Program-made: the position numbers and the translations under genes
Notes under the pieces: generated by a model
Told to the model about the DNA's origin: nothing
The model's input: the letters and a program-made list of their open reading frames with translations, nothing else
The model's database searches: none
Source: Bacteroidota bacterium
GTDB lineage: Bacteria > Bacteroidota > Bacteroidia > UKL13-3
Length of the DNA stretch: 26,593 nt
Assembly (NCBI GenBank): GCA_018883485.1
Contig: VEQB01000001.1
Coordinates: forward strand, 1-26,593
Direction of reading: 5' to 3'
In this document: in pieces, positions 16,643 to 25,263 of the stretch
Layout of the letters: every line of letters starts with the position of its first letter
Numbering within the stretch: the stretch's first letter is position 1

Positions 16643-16672
16643 CAAAAGTATAGTTTTTAGTGCTTTTTACAA
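16643..16672 (-). promoter_or_regulatory. Bacteroidota sigma-A promoter of the tRNA gene
   Basis: -7 element TACTTTTG (16650-16643) and TTG (16672-16670) separated by 19 nt. Confidence 0.7.
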
Positions 16673-16830
16673 CATTTTTTATCCTTTTTGAGGATTTGCC
16701 TACCTAGTTTGTGTTAAAGTGCCTGAATATCAATATTGGCAATTGCCAAAATGCTGAGCTTATTTTTACGTTTAATGCTTTTAAAATTAAAATTAGTGGT
16801 TTATTTGAAATCTATTCTATGTTAAATTCT

Positions 16831-18105
16831 ATGCATCCTAAAATTCTTCTAACTTTACTTTGTATCCTCTCAGGTACATTTTCTTTAACTGCCCAACAAA
16901 ATAAATGTGGTAGCTACCTTAATAGAAGTGCCAACTGGCAAAAAAAACAAGGGGCCTTAAACCATAACCAAGAAGTAGAGAAAAGTTTACAACTTTACCT
17001 TGCTAGTAATGCGCATTCTTTACATAAAAAGAACAATGTTATTACTATTCCGGTGGTGGTGCATGTTATCTGGAACAATGCAACGCAAAACATTTCTGAT
17101 GCGCAAATACTTTCACAATTGGCAGTTCTGAATAAGGACTTTAGAAAAAGAAATACAGATACGCTAAACCCCAATCATCCATTTGCAAGCAAGGCTGCAG
17201 ATGTAGGTTTTGAGTTTTGTTTAGCCCAAAGAGATCCTTCTGGAAATGCAACTAATGGAATAACCAGAACACAAACCGCTATGCCTAGTTGGATTGAAAA
17301 GGATTGGGATAAAATCAAATTCACTAATGCCGGCGGTAAGAGCAATTGGGATCCTTATAAATATTTAAATATTTGGGTGGTAAGCTTGGCCGATGAAACC
17401 CTAGGATTTGCCACCTTTCCTGATGAACTAGCTGCCGACCCACAATTAGATGGGATAGTGATTAGGCATGAAGCCTTTGGAACTATTGGCACTGCTGGAT
17501 CTGGAGATTATAGTCAGAATGCCAAAGGCAGAACTGCCACGCACGAAATAGGCCATTGGCTTTATTTAAACCATATTTGGGGCGATGATTTTTGTGGCAA
17601 CGATTTTGTAAGCGATACCGAACCTGCAGAAGATGCAAATTATGATTGTCCAAGCTTTCCCTACAATGCCAATAATGCTTGCGGAGCGGGTGCAAACGGA
17701 GAAATGTATATGAATTTCTTAGATTATACAGATGACAATTGTATGAGTATATTTACCTCGGGTCAAGCCAATAGAATGAGAGCTAGCCTTAATAGTCTGC
17801 GCGCACAATTATTAAACTCCACTGCATGCAATCCTGTAAATGGCTTGAACCAAGAATTGATAGATCAGGTTATTGCTATTTATCCTAACCCAGCTCATGA
17901 TTTTGTTACGCTTAAAATGCCAAGCACTAAGCATAAAAATGCGCAAATAATGGTAGTAGATATTTTAGGAAGAACGGTTATAGAAATGAGCACATCTTCA
18001 GAACAAGAGCTTACTATAAATGTTGCTCAACTCAAGGCTGGAACCTATTTTGTAAGCTACAGAAGCGAAGAATTTCAATTTACTAAAAAACTTATTATTC
18101 AATAG
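16831..18105 (+). CDS. M43 (pappalysin/ulilysin-like) zinc metalloprotease, T9SS-secreted
   Basis: Signal peptide, Cys-switch-like KCG, IPVVVHVIW, LNIWV, zinc motif HEIGHWLYLNH, D.VSDTEP, Met-turn region MYMNFLDYTDD.CM..FT.GQ, type A CTD (IYPNPA...). Start is ATG 16819 or 16831, not the track start at 16711. Confidence 0.9.
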   Translation: MHPKILLTLLCILSGTFSLTAQQNKCGSYLNRSANWQKKQGALNHNQEVEKSLQLYLASNAHSLHKKNNVITIPVVVHVIWNNATQNISDAQILSQLAVLNKDFRKRNTDTLNPNHPFASKAADVGFEFCLAQRDPSGNATNGITRTQTAMPSWIEKDWDKIKFTNAGGKSNWDPYKYLNIWVVSLADETLGFATFPDELAADPQLDGIVIRHEAFGTIGTAGSGDYSQNAKGRTATHEIGHWLYLNHIWGDDFCGNDFVSDTEPAEDANYDCPSFPYNANNACGAGANGEMYMNFLDYTDDNCMSIFTSGQANRMRASLNSLRAQLLNSTACNPVNGLNQELIDQVIAIYPNPAHDFVTLKMPSTKHKNAQIMVVDILGRTVIEMSTSSEQELTINVAQLKAGTYFVSYRSEEFQFTKKLIIQ

Positions 18106-18110
18106 CCAAT

Positions 18111-18500
18111 ATGAGAATATCTTTAATTTGTATGCTTTGCATTTTGCTTAGTTTTAATGCTTGCAAAATGTTTACAAAGAAATCTAACAAGGAGAAGCAA
18201 GAGAAAAGTAGGGTTGAACCAATTGCGGCAACGTTTAGGGTTTCCTTTATTAGCAAAGGCTCTGGCACCGATATAAAGGCAAAGCAAACCTTTCGCAATT
18301 TTTTGGCTCAGAACGATAACCAAAAATACCCTTACCAAACATTGCCTTGGGGTAGGGAAGGAGAAATAGATTATTGTTTCGATTTTTCTAAACTTACCCA
18401 AGCAGAACAAGAGGAGTTTAAAACAAAGGTGAAGGAGTTATTAAAAGATTTTGAATTGGTGAGGTACAGGGAAAATGTAAGTTGCAACCCCAAGTCATAA
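18111..18500 (+). CDS. Small hypothetical lipoprotein
   Basis: Signal peptide ending FNAC (Cys18). Mature part has VSFISKGSG.D, PWGREGEIDYC and a C-terminal Cys. Begins 5 bp after the protease stop. Confidence 0.8.
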   Translation: MRISLICMLCILLSFNACKMFTKKSNKEKQEKSRVEPIAATFRVSFISKGSGTDIKAKQTFRNFLAQNDNQKYPYQTLPWGREGEIDYCFDFSKLTQAEQEEFKTKVKELLKDFELVRYRENVSCNPKS

Positions 18501-18529
18501 CCATGGATTGTTTATAGAAATTTTAACTT

Positions 18530-18545
18530 AGTGACTTTTGTCACA
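18530..18545. promoter_or_regulatory. CRP/FNR-like palindromic site
   Basis: AGTGA-CTTTTG-TCACA, 9 of 10 matches to TGTGA-N6-TCACA; also reads as the perfect inverted repeat GTGAC-N4-GTCAC. Confidence 0.55.
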
Positions 18546-18566
18546 ATTTGTTATTATTTTACTAGA

Positions 18567-18574
18567 TACCTTTG
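18567..18574 (+). promoter_or_regulatory. Bacteroidota -7 promoter element in front of the small ORF
   Basis: TACCTTTG is an exact TAnnTTTG match, 3 nt before ATG 18578. Confidence 0.65.
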
Positions 18575-18577
18575 ACC

Positions 18578-18658
18578 ATGCAATTTCCTAAGCCTATAAA
18601 ATTTATCTTAGTATGTTTACTTTGTGTAGGTTTGGCTTATTTGATTACTAAATGCTGA
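18578..18658 (+). CDS. Candidate 26-aa single-helix membrane peptide (not in the ORF track)
   Basis: MQFPKPIKFILVCLLCVGLAYLITKC: basic N-terminus plus a 16-residue uncharged hydrophobic run, flanked by a promoter element and a terminator. Confidence 0.55.
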   Translation: MQFPKPIKFILVCLLCVGLAYLITKC

Positions 18659-18711
18659 GTTCAACAGACCAGTTGCTAAGAAGTAATTCTTATCTATTTA
18701 AATTAAAAAGC

Positions 18712-18750
18712 CATTATTGGTATCCATCACCAATAATGCCTGTTTTTTTT
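18712..18750 (+). terminator. Intrinsic terminator after the small ORF
   Basis: CATTATTGGT-ATCCATC-ACCAATAATG, perfect 10-bp stem, followed by CCTG and a run of 8 T. Confidence 0.75.
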
Positions 18751-18810
18751 ATTAGCTTTAGCAAAATATTAAGAATAATGTAGCTTAATTTAGCTTCCAA
18801 ATATATAAGT

Positions 18811-21645
18811 ATGAAAATATACGCCACCATTTTTGCATTCACTTTTTGTTTTTTATTTGAGAAAGTAGCGGCTTTTAATCCTTCACTTAAGCCTAGCTTT
18901 ATAGAAAATGTGGGGCAGTTTCATAACCAGAATGGAAACTCGGTTAATAATTTAAAGTTTGTTTTACAAAGTAAGGGCCTGTTGGTTCAATTAAAAACCA
19001 CTGGCATTAGCTATGAGCTAAAGGAAAAAGGTAAGATAAGAAGGGTAGATTTGGAGTTTGTTAATGCAAATATTGGAATTAAGATTTATGCCAGTAATAA
19101 GAATCCAGGCATTTTGCAGTATTTAAGTAAGCAAGACCCTACAAAGTCTTATAGTGCGAGCACTTTTCAGAAAGTTGTTTATGAAAATGTTTTCAATGGT
19201 ATAGATTTAGAATGCTTCAGTGGAGAGGGTGAGACTGCTTTTAAATACAATTTTATAGTTCATCCTGGGGCAAATCCTGCCAATATTCAATTGGTAGCCA
19301 AAGGAGCCAATTCTTGTAAAACCAATAGCAATGGTGAGTTAATTATAATGGCTGGCAAAGAAGCCATTAAAGAGAGAATACCAGAGAGTTATTTATTAAG
19401 TTCTGGAGAGTCAGAGAAAAAAGAAGTAAAGGTCAATTATGTTGTTAAGAAAAATAGAATAGGCTTTGAATTGGAGGCTTATGATTATACCAAAACCTTA
19501 GTAATTGATCCTTTGGTTTGGAGCACGTATTATGGAGGCTCTGGTGCAGAACAGCTCTTTGATATGCAATCGGACCAAGATAGTAATATCTATATAGTTG
19601 GCTCTACTTCTTCTCCCAACATTGCCACCACAGGTGCCCATCAGATTTCTTTAGCTGGAAGTCAGGATGTTTTTATGGCAAAATTTACAAAGAATGGGAT
19701 ATTGGTTTGGGCAACTTATTATGGAGGTTCAGGAGCTGATTTTTGTAGTGGTTTCCGTATAAATGCCTCTGGAGAATTGATATTACATGGGCATTCAAAT
19801 TCAAGCACAGGAATTACGAGTTTAGGCAGCTATCAACCTAATTTGGTTCAGGTAAATTCCTATGATGCTTTTATTAGCGCCTTTGATACCAGTGGTATTT
19901 TTAAATGGGGTACTTATTTTGGTGGTTCAAATAACGACCAAGCATCAGGGATGACTATAGACCCATTAAATGGCCAAATCACTATTGTTGGACAAACCAG
20001 TTCAACTGATTTACCGCTGGCCTCCCTAGGATTTCAGCCTACAAATGCTGGATCAACGGATTATTATTTAGCTAGGTTCACCTCTAAGGGCTTTCCCATA
20101 TGGTCTACCTATTATGGCGGGCCTGCCGGAGATCAATATGCTAAAATTACAACAGATGCTAGTGGTAATATTTACATGGCCGGATATACGCCTTCGCAAA
20201 CTGGTTTGGCCTCTGCCAATGCTTATAAAACTATACAGGCACCTGGCTCAATGGATGGTATTTTTGCTATTTTTGATAGTACTGGAAATAGGCGTTATGC
20301 TACCTTCTTTGGAACTGCCTTGTTTGATCAGTTTTATGATATTACCACTGACGGTGCTGGCAAATTATTTATAGTTGGCGAAACCTTCTCTATAGATAGT
20401 ATTGCTACTCCTGGTGCTTATCAAACTGTGCACCAATCTCCCAATCAACGCGATGCAATGCTATTGTCTTTTGATACTTCTGGAGCATTGTTATGGTCAA
20501 CCTATTTTGGTGGAGAAAATCAGGATCTTTGCAGAGTTATCAGATACATTAATGATGGTCACCTCATTTTTGGAGGATATACTTATAGCAAAATTAAAAT
20601 AAGTTCTGTTGATGCTGTAAAGCCAGCAATGACAGATGCTATTGATGGTTTTTATGGCATAATGGGTCTTGATGGTGCCATTAAGTATGCTAGTTATTTT
20701 GGTGGAAACAACTTTGATTTATTGTCGGGTGTTTATGCTTGGTCTAGGTACAAGATTTTGCTTTCTGGTGTATCAATTTCAGATTCATTGTTAAGCACTC
20801 CTGGCGCCTATGTTGAGAAAAAACCAGGCTTGGGTTATGATTTTTTTCTTGCCCGAATTCATATAGATTTACCAGTGGCTGGGCCTTGTGATTTTAAGGC
20901 TGGCTTTACAATGAACCAAACTATACAGTGTAATAAAGGGAACTCTTTTGTATTTAAAGATACAACTACAGTTCCTGGTGTTAGCAGAATATGGGATTTT
21001 GACAACGGGATTTATGGTTCTAACCAAACAGAAAACATAAGTTTTGTTTTTGGCCCTAAGAATTATTTTGATGTAAAACTTACTTTAAGTAATGGTGTAT
21101 GCTCTAGTGAAGCAGTAAATAGAGTTTATATTATTGCTAATCCTGATGTTAAAACAATAACTGGAAGCACCAATGTTAGGCGATTAGAGTTGGCCACCTA
21201 TAGTGTTCCTTTTACCAATGGTTCTACTTACCAATGGATTTATGATAATGGCATTGGTACAAGCAGAAGTAATACCATAAATATACGATGGACAAGCAAA
21301 GGCACCACCAATTTAAAAGTGATAGAAACCAATAATGGGCCATGTGTGGGAGATACCATAAGTTTGCCTATTACCATTGATGCTGCCGTAGGTGAGGAAG
21401 AAATGTTTTTTAATGAAATTAGTGTTTATCCAAATCCACTAAGCTCAAAATTGTTTATTGATTTGCCGCAGGATTTACGAGCTCAAATAAAATTATATGA
21501 TAATTTAGGTAAGGAACAATTGAGTGAAAGCACAATGGGTAATACCCAAATAAACACCGAAAATTTAACACCAGGAATTTACTTTCTTTTGGTTCAAACC
21601 GAGAACAACCAAACCTATAGATTAAAAGTTGAAGTGAGGAGATAG
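18811..21645 (+). CDS. Large T9SS-secreted protein: N-terminal domain, seven SBBP beta-propeller repeats, PKD and PKD-like domains, CTD
   Basis: Signal peptide, FIENVGQ, FKYNFIVHPGANP..IQL, LVIDP, seven (W/Y)xT/S(Y/F)(Y/F)GG-type repeats, PKD-like WDFDNG and TYQWIY, CTD VYPNPL...LTPGIYFL...LKVEVRR. Confidence 0.88.
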   Translation: MKIYATIFAFTFCFLFEKVAAFNPSLKPSFIENVGQFHNQNGNSVNNLKFVLQSKGLLVQLKTTGISYELKEKGKIRRVDLEFVNANIGIKIYASNKNPGILQYLSKQDPTKSYSASTFQKVVYENVFNGIDLECFSGEGETAFKYNFIVHPGANPANIQLVAKGANSCKTNSNGELIIMAGKEAIKERIPESYLLSSGESEKKEVKVNYVVKKNRIGFELEAYDYTKTLVIDPLVWSTYYGGSGAEQLFDMQSDQDSNIYIVGSTSSPNIATTGAHQISLAGSQDVFMAKFTKNGILVWATYYGGSGADFCSGFRINASGELILHGHSNSSTGITSLGSYQPNLVQVNSYDAFISAFDTSGIFKWGTYFGGSNNDQASGMTIDPLNGQITIVGQTSSTDLPLASLGFQPTNAGSTDYYLARFTSKGFPIWSTYYGGPAGDQYAKITTDASGNIYMAGYTPSQTGLASANAYKTIQAPGSMDGIFAIFDSTGNRRYATFFGTALFDQFYDITTDGAGKLFIVGETFSIDSIATPGAYQTVHQSPNQRDAMLLSFDTSGALLWSTYFGGENQDLCRVIRYINDGHLIFGGYTYSKIKISSVDAVKPAMTDAIDGFYGIMGLDGAIKYASYFGGNNFDLLSGVYAWSRYKILLSGVSISDSLLSTPGAYVEKKPGLGYDFFLARIHIDLPVAGPCDFKAGFTMNQTIQCNKGNSFVFKDTTTVPGVSRIWDFDNGIYGSNQTENISFVFGPKNYFDVKLTLSNGVCSSEAVNRVYIIANPDVKTITGSTNVRRLELATYSVPFTNGSTYQWIYDNGIGTSRSNTINIRWTSKGTTNLKVIETNNGPCVGDTISLPITIDAAVGEEEMFFNEISVYPNPLSSKLFIDLPQDLRAQIKLYDNLGKEQLSESTMGNTQINTENLTPGIYFLLVQTENNQTYRLKVEVRR

Positions 21646-21666
21646 GTTTGGAATTGCGTACAAAAG

Positions 21667-21701
21667 AAAAGCCCTGTGTTAGCAATAACACAGGGCTTTT
21701 T
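21667..21701. terminator. Bidirectional intrinsic terminator between the convergent SBBP gene and fbaB
   Basis: AAAAGCCCTGTGTTA-GCAA-TAACACAGGGCTTTT, perfect 15-bp inverted repeat with a GNRA-type loop. Confidence 0.92.
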
Positions 21702-21717
21702 ATTGAAATATGTTTAC

Positions 21718-22770
21718 TTAAGCAATAGTTACACTGCTATCTAAATACACATCTTGAATAGCATTTAACAAAGCAATACCTTCATTCATGGGCTTTTGGA
21801 AGGCTTTTCTACCAGAGATTAATCCTTGGCCACCTGCACGTTTGTTAACCACCGCGGTTGTTACGGCTTCTGCTAAATCTGAGGCTCCTTTGCTTTCTCC
21901 GCCAGAGTTAATTAAACCTTGGCGACCCATATAACAATTGGCTACTTGGTAGCGCGCTAAATCAATTGGATGGTTGCTGCTTAACTCGGTATATACTTTA
22001 CTATGTGTTTTACCAAAGTTAAGGGCAGTATAACCGCCATTATTGGTAGGTAATTTTTGTTTAATGATATCGGCTTGGATAGTTACCCCTAAATGGTTGG
22101 CTTGGCCAGTTAAATCTGCTGAAGTATGGTAATCTACACCGTCTTTTTTGAAGGCATTGTTACGGGTATAGCACCATAAAATAGTAGCCATGCCCAATTC
22201 ATGCGCACGTTCAAATGCTGCTGCTACTTCTTGTATTTGGCGGCCACTTTCGTCTGAACCAAAATAGATGGTAGCACCAACAGCGGTAGCTCCTAAGTTC
22301 CAAGCTTCTTCTACAGAACCAAACATAATTTGGTCGAACTTATTTGGGTAACTTAAAAACTCGTTGTGGTTTAATTTAACAATGAATGGAATTTTATGGG
22401 CATACTTTCTAGAGCAAGCTGCTAAAACACCATAAGTAGAAGCAACCGCATTGCAACCACCTTCAATAGCCAATTTAACAATATTTTCTGGATCAAAGTA
22501 GATTGGGTTTGGAGCAAAAGAGGCACCTGCACTATGCTCAATTCCTTGGTCAACTGGTAAAATAGAAACGTAACCAGAATTTGCTAATCTTCCATGGCCA
22601 TACAAATCTGCAAGGCTTCTTAATACTTGAGGAGAACGATTGCTTTGCATAAAAACACGGTCAATGAAATCGTTTCCCGGTAAATGCAACTGATTTTTTG
22701 AAATGGTTTTACACTCGTGGTTCAGCAGGGTATCTGCACTAGCACCTAGTAATTCTGCTATCTTTGTCAT
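21718..22770 (-). CDS. fbaB: Class I fructose-bisphosphate aldolase (DhnA/FbaB type)
   Basis: [56 protein letters not shown] and [13 protein letters not shown] 22770 gives 350 aa and leaves room for the promoter element. Confidence 0.95.
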   Translation of the reverse strand: MTKIAELLGASADTLLNHECKTISKNQLHLPGNDFIDRVFMQSNRSPQVLRSLADLYGHGRLANSGYVSILPVDQGIEHSAGASFAPNPIYFDPENIVKLAIEGGCNAVASTYGVLAACSRKYAHKIPFIVKLNHNEFLSYPNKFDQIMFGSVEEAWNLGATAVGATIYFGSDESGRQIQEVAAAFERAHELGMATILWCYTRNNAFKKDGVDYHTSADLTGQANHLGVTIQADIIKQKLPTNNGGYTALNFGKTHSKVYTELSSNHPIDLARYQVANCYMGRQGLINSGGESKGASDLAEAVTTAVVNKRAGGQGLISGRKAFQKPMNEGIALLNAIQDVYLDSSVTIA

Positions 22771-22791
22771 AAGTTGTTGAATTATTTGGCG

Positions 22792-22799
22792 CAAACATA
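22792..22799 (-). promoter_or_regulatory. Bacteroidota -7 promoter element for fbaB
   Basis: TATGTTTG on the minus strand, 21 nt upstream of ATG 22770. It overlaps the track's TTG start, which argues against that start. Confidence 0.65.
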
Positions 22800-22832
22800 C
22801 ATTTTTTTAGAATAACCTATAAATTTAAACCG

Positions 22833-23252
22833 ATGCAAATATCAATTAATAGAATAAAAAACGAGGACGAGCAAAAAACCGCTTGGGCCATTAGGCATGA
22901 GGTTTTTGTGATTGGACAGAATTGCCCAGAAGAATTGGAATGGGAACATGAAGAGGAATCAATTCACTACCTAGCCTTATTGGATGGAGAACCTGTGGGC
23001 ACTGCTAGGTGGCGTGAAACAGAAAAGGGGATTAAACTAGAGCGCTTTGCTGTTTTAGCAGTAGCCCGAAATAAGGGTATAGGCTCAGCTTTGGTTCAAG
23101 CCTTAACCCAAGAATTAAATGCCGCAGGTAAATTACTTTACTTGCATGCTCAGTTAGAAGCTGCGCCCTTATATGCCAAATTTGGGTTCAAACCTAAAGG
23201 AGATAACTTTTGGGAGGCAGGTATTGAGCACGTGAAGATGGAAAAGGCCTAA
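22833..23252 (+). CDS. GNAT N-acetyltransferase (ElaA/YjcF-like)
   Basis: IRHEVFV..Q, PVGTARWR, KLERFAVL..ARNKGIG, LHAQ..A..LY.KFGF and EAGIEHVKM. Confidence 0.9.
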   Translation: MQISINRIKNEDEQKTAWAIRHEVFVIGQNCPEELEWEHEEESIHYLALLDGEPVGTARWRETEKGIKLERFAVLAVARNKGIGSALVQALTQELNAAGKLLYLHAQLEAAPLYAKFGFKPKGDNFWEAGIEHVKMEKA

Positions 23253-25147
23253 TTTGCAACAGCTACATACATGCCTTTAATTTCTGCAGCATATTTCTGC
23301 TCTACAATCTTGCGCTTAATTTTCTGCGTTGGCGTCATTTCTCCGGCGTCTAAACTAAAGACCCTACGTTTTAAGGCAAAATGTTTTACGCGTTCAAATT
23401 TACCTAAATCTTTAGCATATTTATTTAGGTCCTCCTCAATCCATTTTCTAATATTTTCTTCGCGTATAAAATCATCACTAGCCTCAAAGTAATCTTCTTT
23501 AAACCCAAAAACCTCTTTTATTTCTTCTCTGGAAGGAACAATAATGGCGGTTAAGTATTCTTGATTGTCGCCAATTAAAAAGATTTGCTCTATACGATTC
23601 GACTTTAAATAGGTGTTTTCTATGGGTGTTGGATAAACGTTTTTACCAAAAGAGTTTACCAAAATATTTTTGATCCTATCTGTTATTTTAAGGTAACCTT
23701 TATAGAACTTTCCTACGTCACCTGTATGTAACCAGCCATCTGGATCTATGGCTTCTGCTGTGGCTTCTGGTAAATTCCAATAGCCTTTCATTACGTTTCT
23801 TCCTCTAACTAAAATTTCACCTTCTGGGCTTTCAAAATCTGGCTTAAATGAATCGAAAGTTTGAATGGTAATAATCTCTTTGGTTTCTGGGTTTTGAATG
23901 GCAACTTCATTTAATCTACCCACTCTACCTACCGCGCCAAATACTTGTCTATGGGGCTCGTTAACGGTAACCAAAGGTGAGGTTTCTGTTAAACCATAAC
24001 CTTCGCAAACTAAAACTCCAATGTTGCCAAAGAATTCGCCCACGTGCTGTGGCATGGCGCCTCCACCACTAATCATAATTTTCATGTTGCCACCAAGCTT
24101 CTCTTTTATTTTAGAAAAAACCAATTTTTCGGCAATCATTAACTTTAAAGAAAGCAATGGACCTGGCGTTTTATCTGCTTCTTTTAAGAACCTGCGTTGC
24201 TCCCCTTGGGCAACAGCCCAATTAAATATTTTAAGGCTTAATCCACCTTTAGAGGTTACATTTTTTCTTACTCTTTCTTCAATGCGTTCTAAAAGCCTAG
24301 GTACTGTTAATATTGCAGTTGGCTTTACCTCCTGAATATTCGATGTAAGCGCTTCTAGGCTTTGTGCAAAGGCAATTTGTGTACCAACCACAGTGCTTAA
24401 ATAGTACGTGGCAGTGCGTTCATACACGTGGCACATCGGAAGGAAGGATAAGAAAACATAATCCTTATCTACTATATCAATTAACTCCAAGGCCATTTCC
24501 AAGTCACTCAAGAAATTATCGTGGGTAAGCATGGCTCCTTTTGGTTTGCCGGTAGTTCCCGAGGTGTATAAAAGACAACTTAAATCGTCGCGCTTTACGG
24601 TTATTAGCGCAGCTTCAATGGCATCTTTTAATTGTGGGTACAATGCAGCGCCTTCTTTAATAAGTTGCTGGTAAGAGATTACACCTTCTTCTGGTTTGCT
24701 GGGTTCAAAGGCTGAAATTACATATTTTAGGCTTGGACATTTTGCCCTAATTTTTTGAATTTTCTTTAAGAGAAATGGGGTTCCTACTAAAATACATTTA
24801 GACCCAGAATCATTGATAATGTATTCTATTTCTCCTTCAGCCAAAGTAGGATAAATAGATACATTCACCAAACCCAATTGCATGAGTGCCTGGTCGTAAA
24901 TGATATATTCTGGGCAATTTTCTATAAGCAGAGCGCACATCTCCTGCTTTTTTAAACCCTTATCCATTAGCCAAGCAGATATGGCATTGGCTTCATCCAA
25001 TACTTGTTTATAGCTAATTCCTCTATAACTATCTTTGTTCTTTTCTAACAGATAAATGCTATCAGGAGTTTTGATGTTATTTGCTACATTACGTAAGAAA
25101 TAATGCAAAGACTCGAATTGAAAGTTGAACTTATTTTTTGGTTCCAT
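23249..25147 (-). CDS. fadD: Long-chain fatty acid--CoA ligase (AMP-dependent synthetase)
   Basis: YTSGTTGKPKGAMLTH, LSFLPMCHVYER, EGYGLTETSP, GWLHTGDVG, ITDRIK and MTPTQKIKR. Confidence 0.92.
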   Translation of the reverse strand: MEPKNKFNFQFESLHYFLRNVANNIKTPDSIYLLEKNKDSYRGISYKQVLDEANAISAWLMDKGLKKQEMCALLIENCPEYIIYDQALMQLGLVNVSIYPTLAEGEIEYIINDSGSKCILVGTPFLLKKIQKIRAKCPSLKYVISAFEPSKPEEGVISYQQLIKEGAALYPQLKDAIEAALITVKRDDLSCLLYTSGTTGKPKGAMLTHDNFLSDLEMALELIDIVDKDYVFLSFLPMCHVYERTATYYLSTVVGTQIAFAQSLEALTSNIQEVKPTAILTVPRLLERIEERVRKNVTSKGGLSLKIFNWAVAQGEQRRFLKEADKTPGPLLSLKLMIAEKLVFSKIKEKLGGNMKIMISGGGAMPQHVGEFFGNIGVLVCEGYGLTETSPLVTVNEPHRQVFGAVGRVGRLNEVAIQNPETKEIITIQTFDSFKPDFESPEGEILVRGRNVMKGYWNLPEATAEAIDPDGWLHTGDVGKFYKGYLKITDRIKNILVNSFGKNVYPTPIENTYLKSNRIEQIFLIGDNQEYLTAIIVPSREEIKEVFGFKEDYFEASDDFIREENIRKWIEEDLNKYAKDLGKFERVKHFALKRRVFSLDAGEMTPTQKIKRKIVEQKYAAEIKGMYVAVAN

Positions 25148-25215
25148 TACAATTTATTAACGGTGCGAATAAAGAGATTTTGTCTTTAGGCTTCAAACGA
25201 TATTGCTCAAAAATT

Positions 25216-25245
25216 AAAAAAGTTTTTGCATAAAATGCAAAAACT
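25216..25245 (-). terminator. Probable intrinsic terminator of the kinase-ruvX-def operon
   Basis: AGTTTTTGCA-TAAAA-TGCAAAAACT, perfect 10-bp stem, followed on the minus strand by a T run. Confidence 0.65.
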
Positions 25246-25263
25246 CTTGTTTTAGAATTGGTT

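Noticed and set aside
16457-16645. 62-aa minus-strand ORF in the track
   Set aside because: It is a translation through the tRNA-Phe gene and its terminator.
16711-16830. N-terminal extensions given by the track (16711; also 7079, 15115, 15582 and 22794)
   Set aside because: Downstream ATGs give proper signal peptides or family-typical starts, and the extensions overlap promoters or upstream genes.
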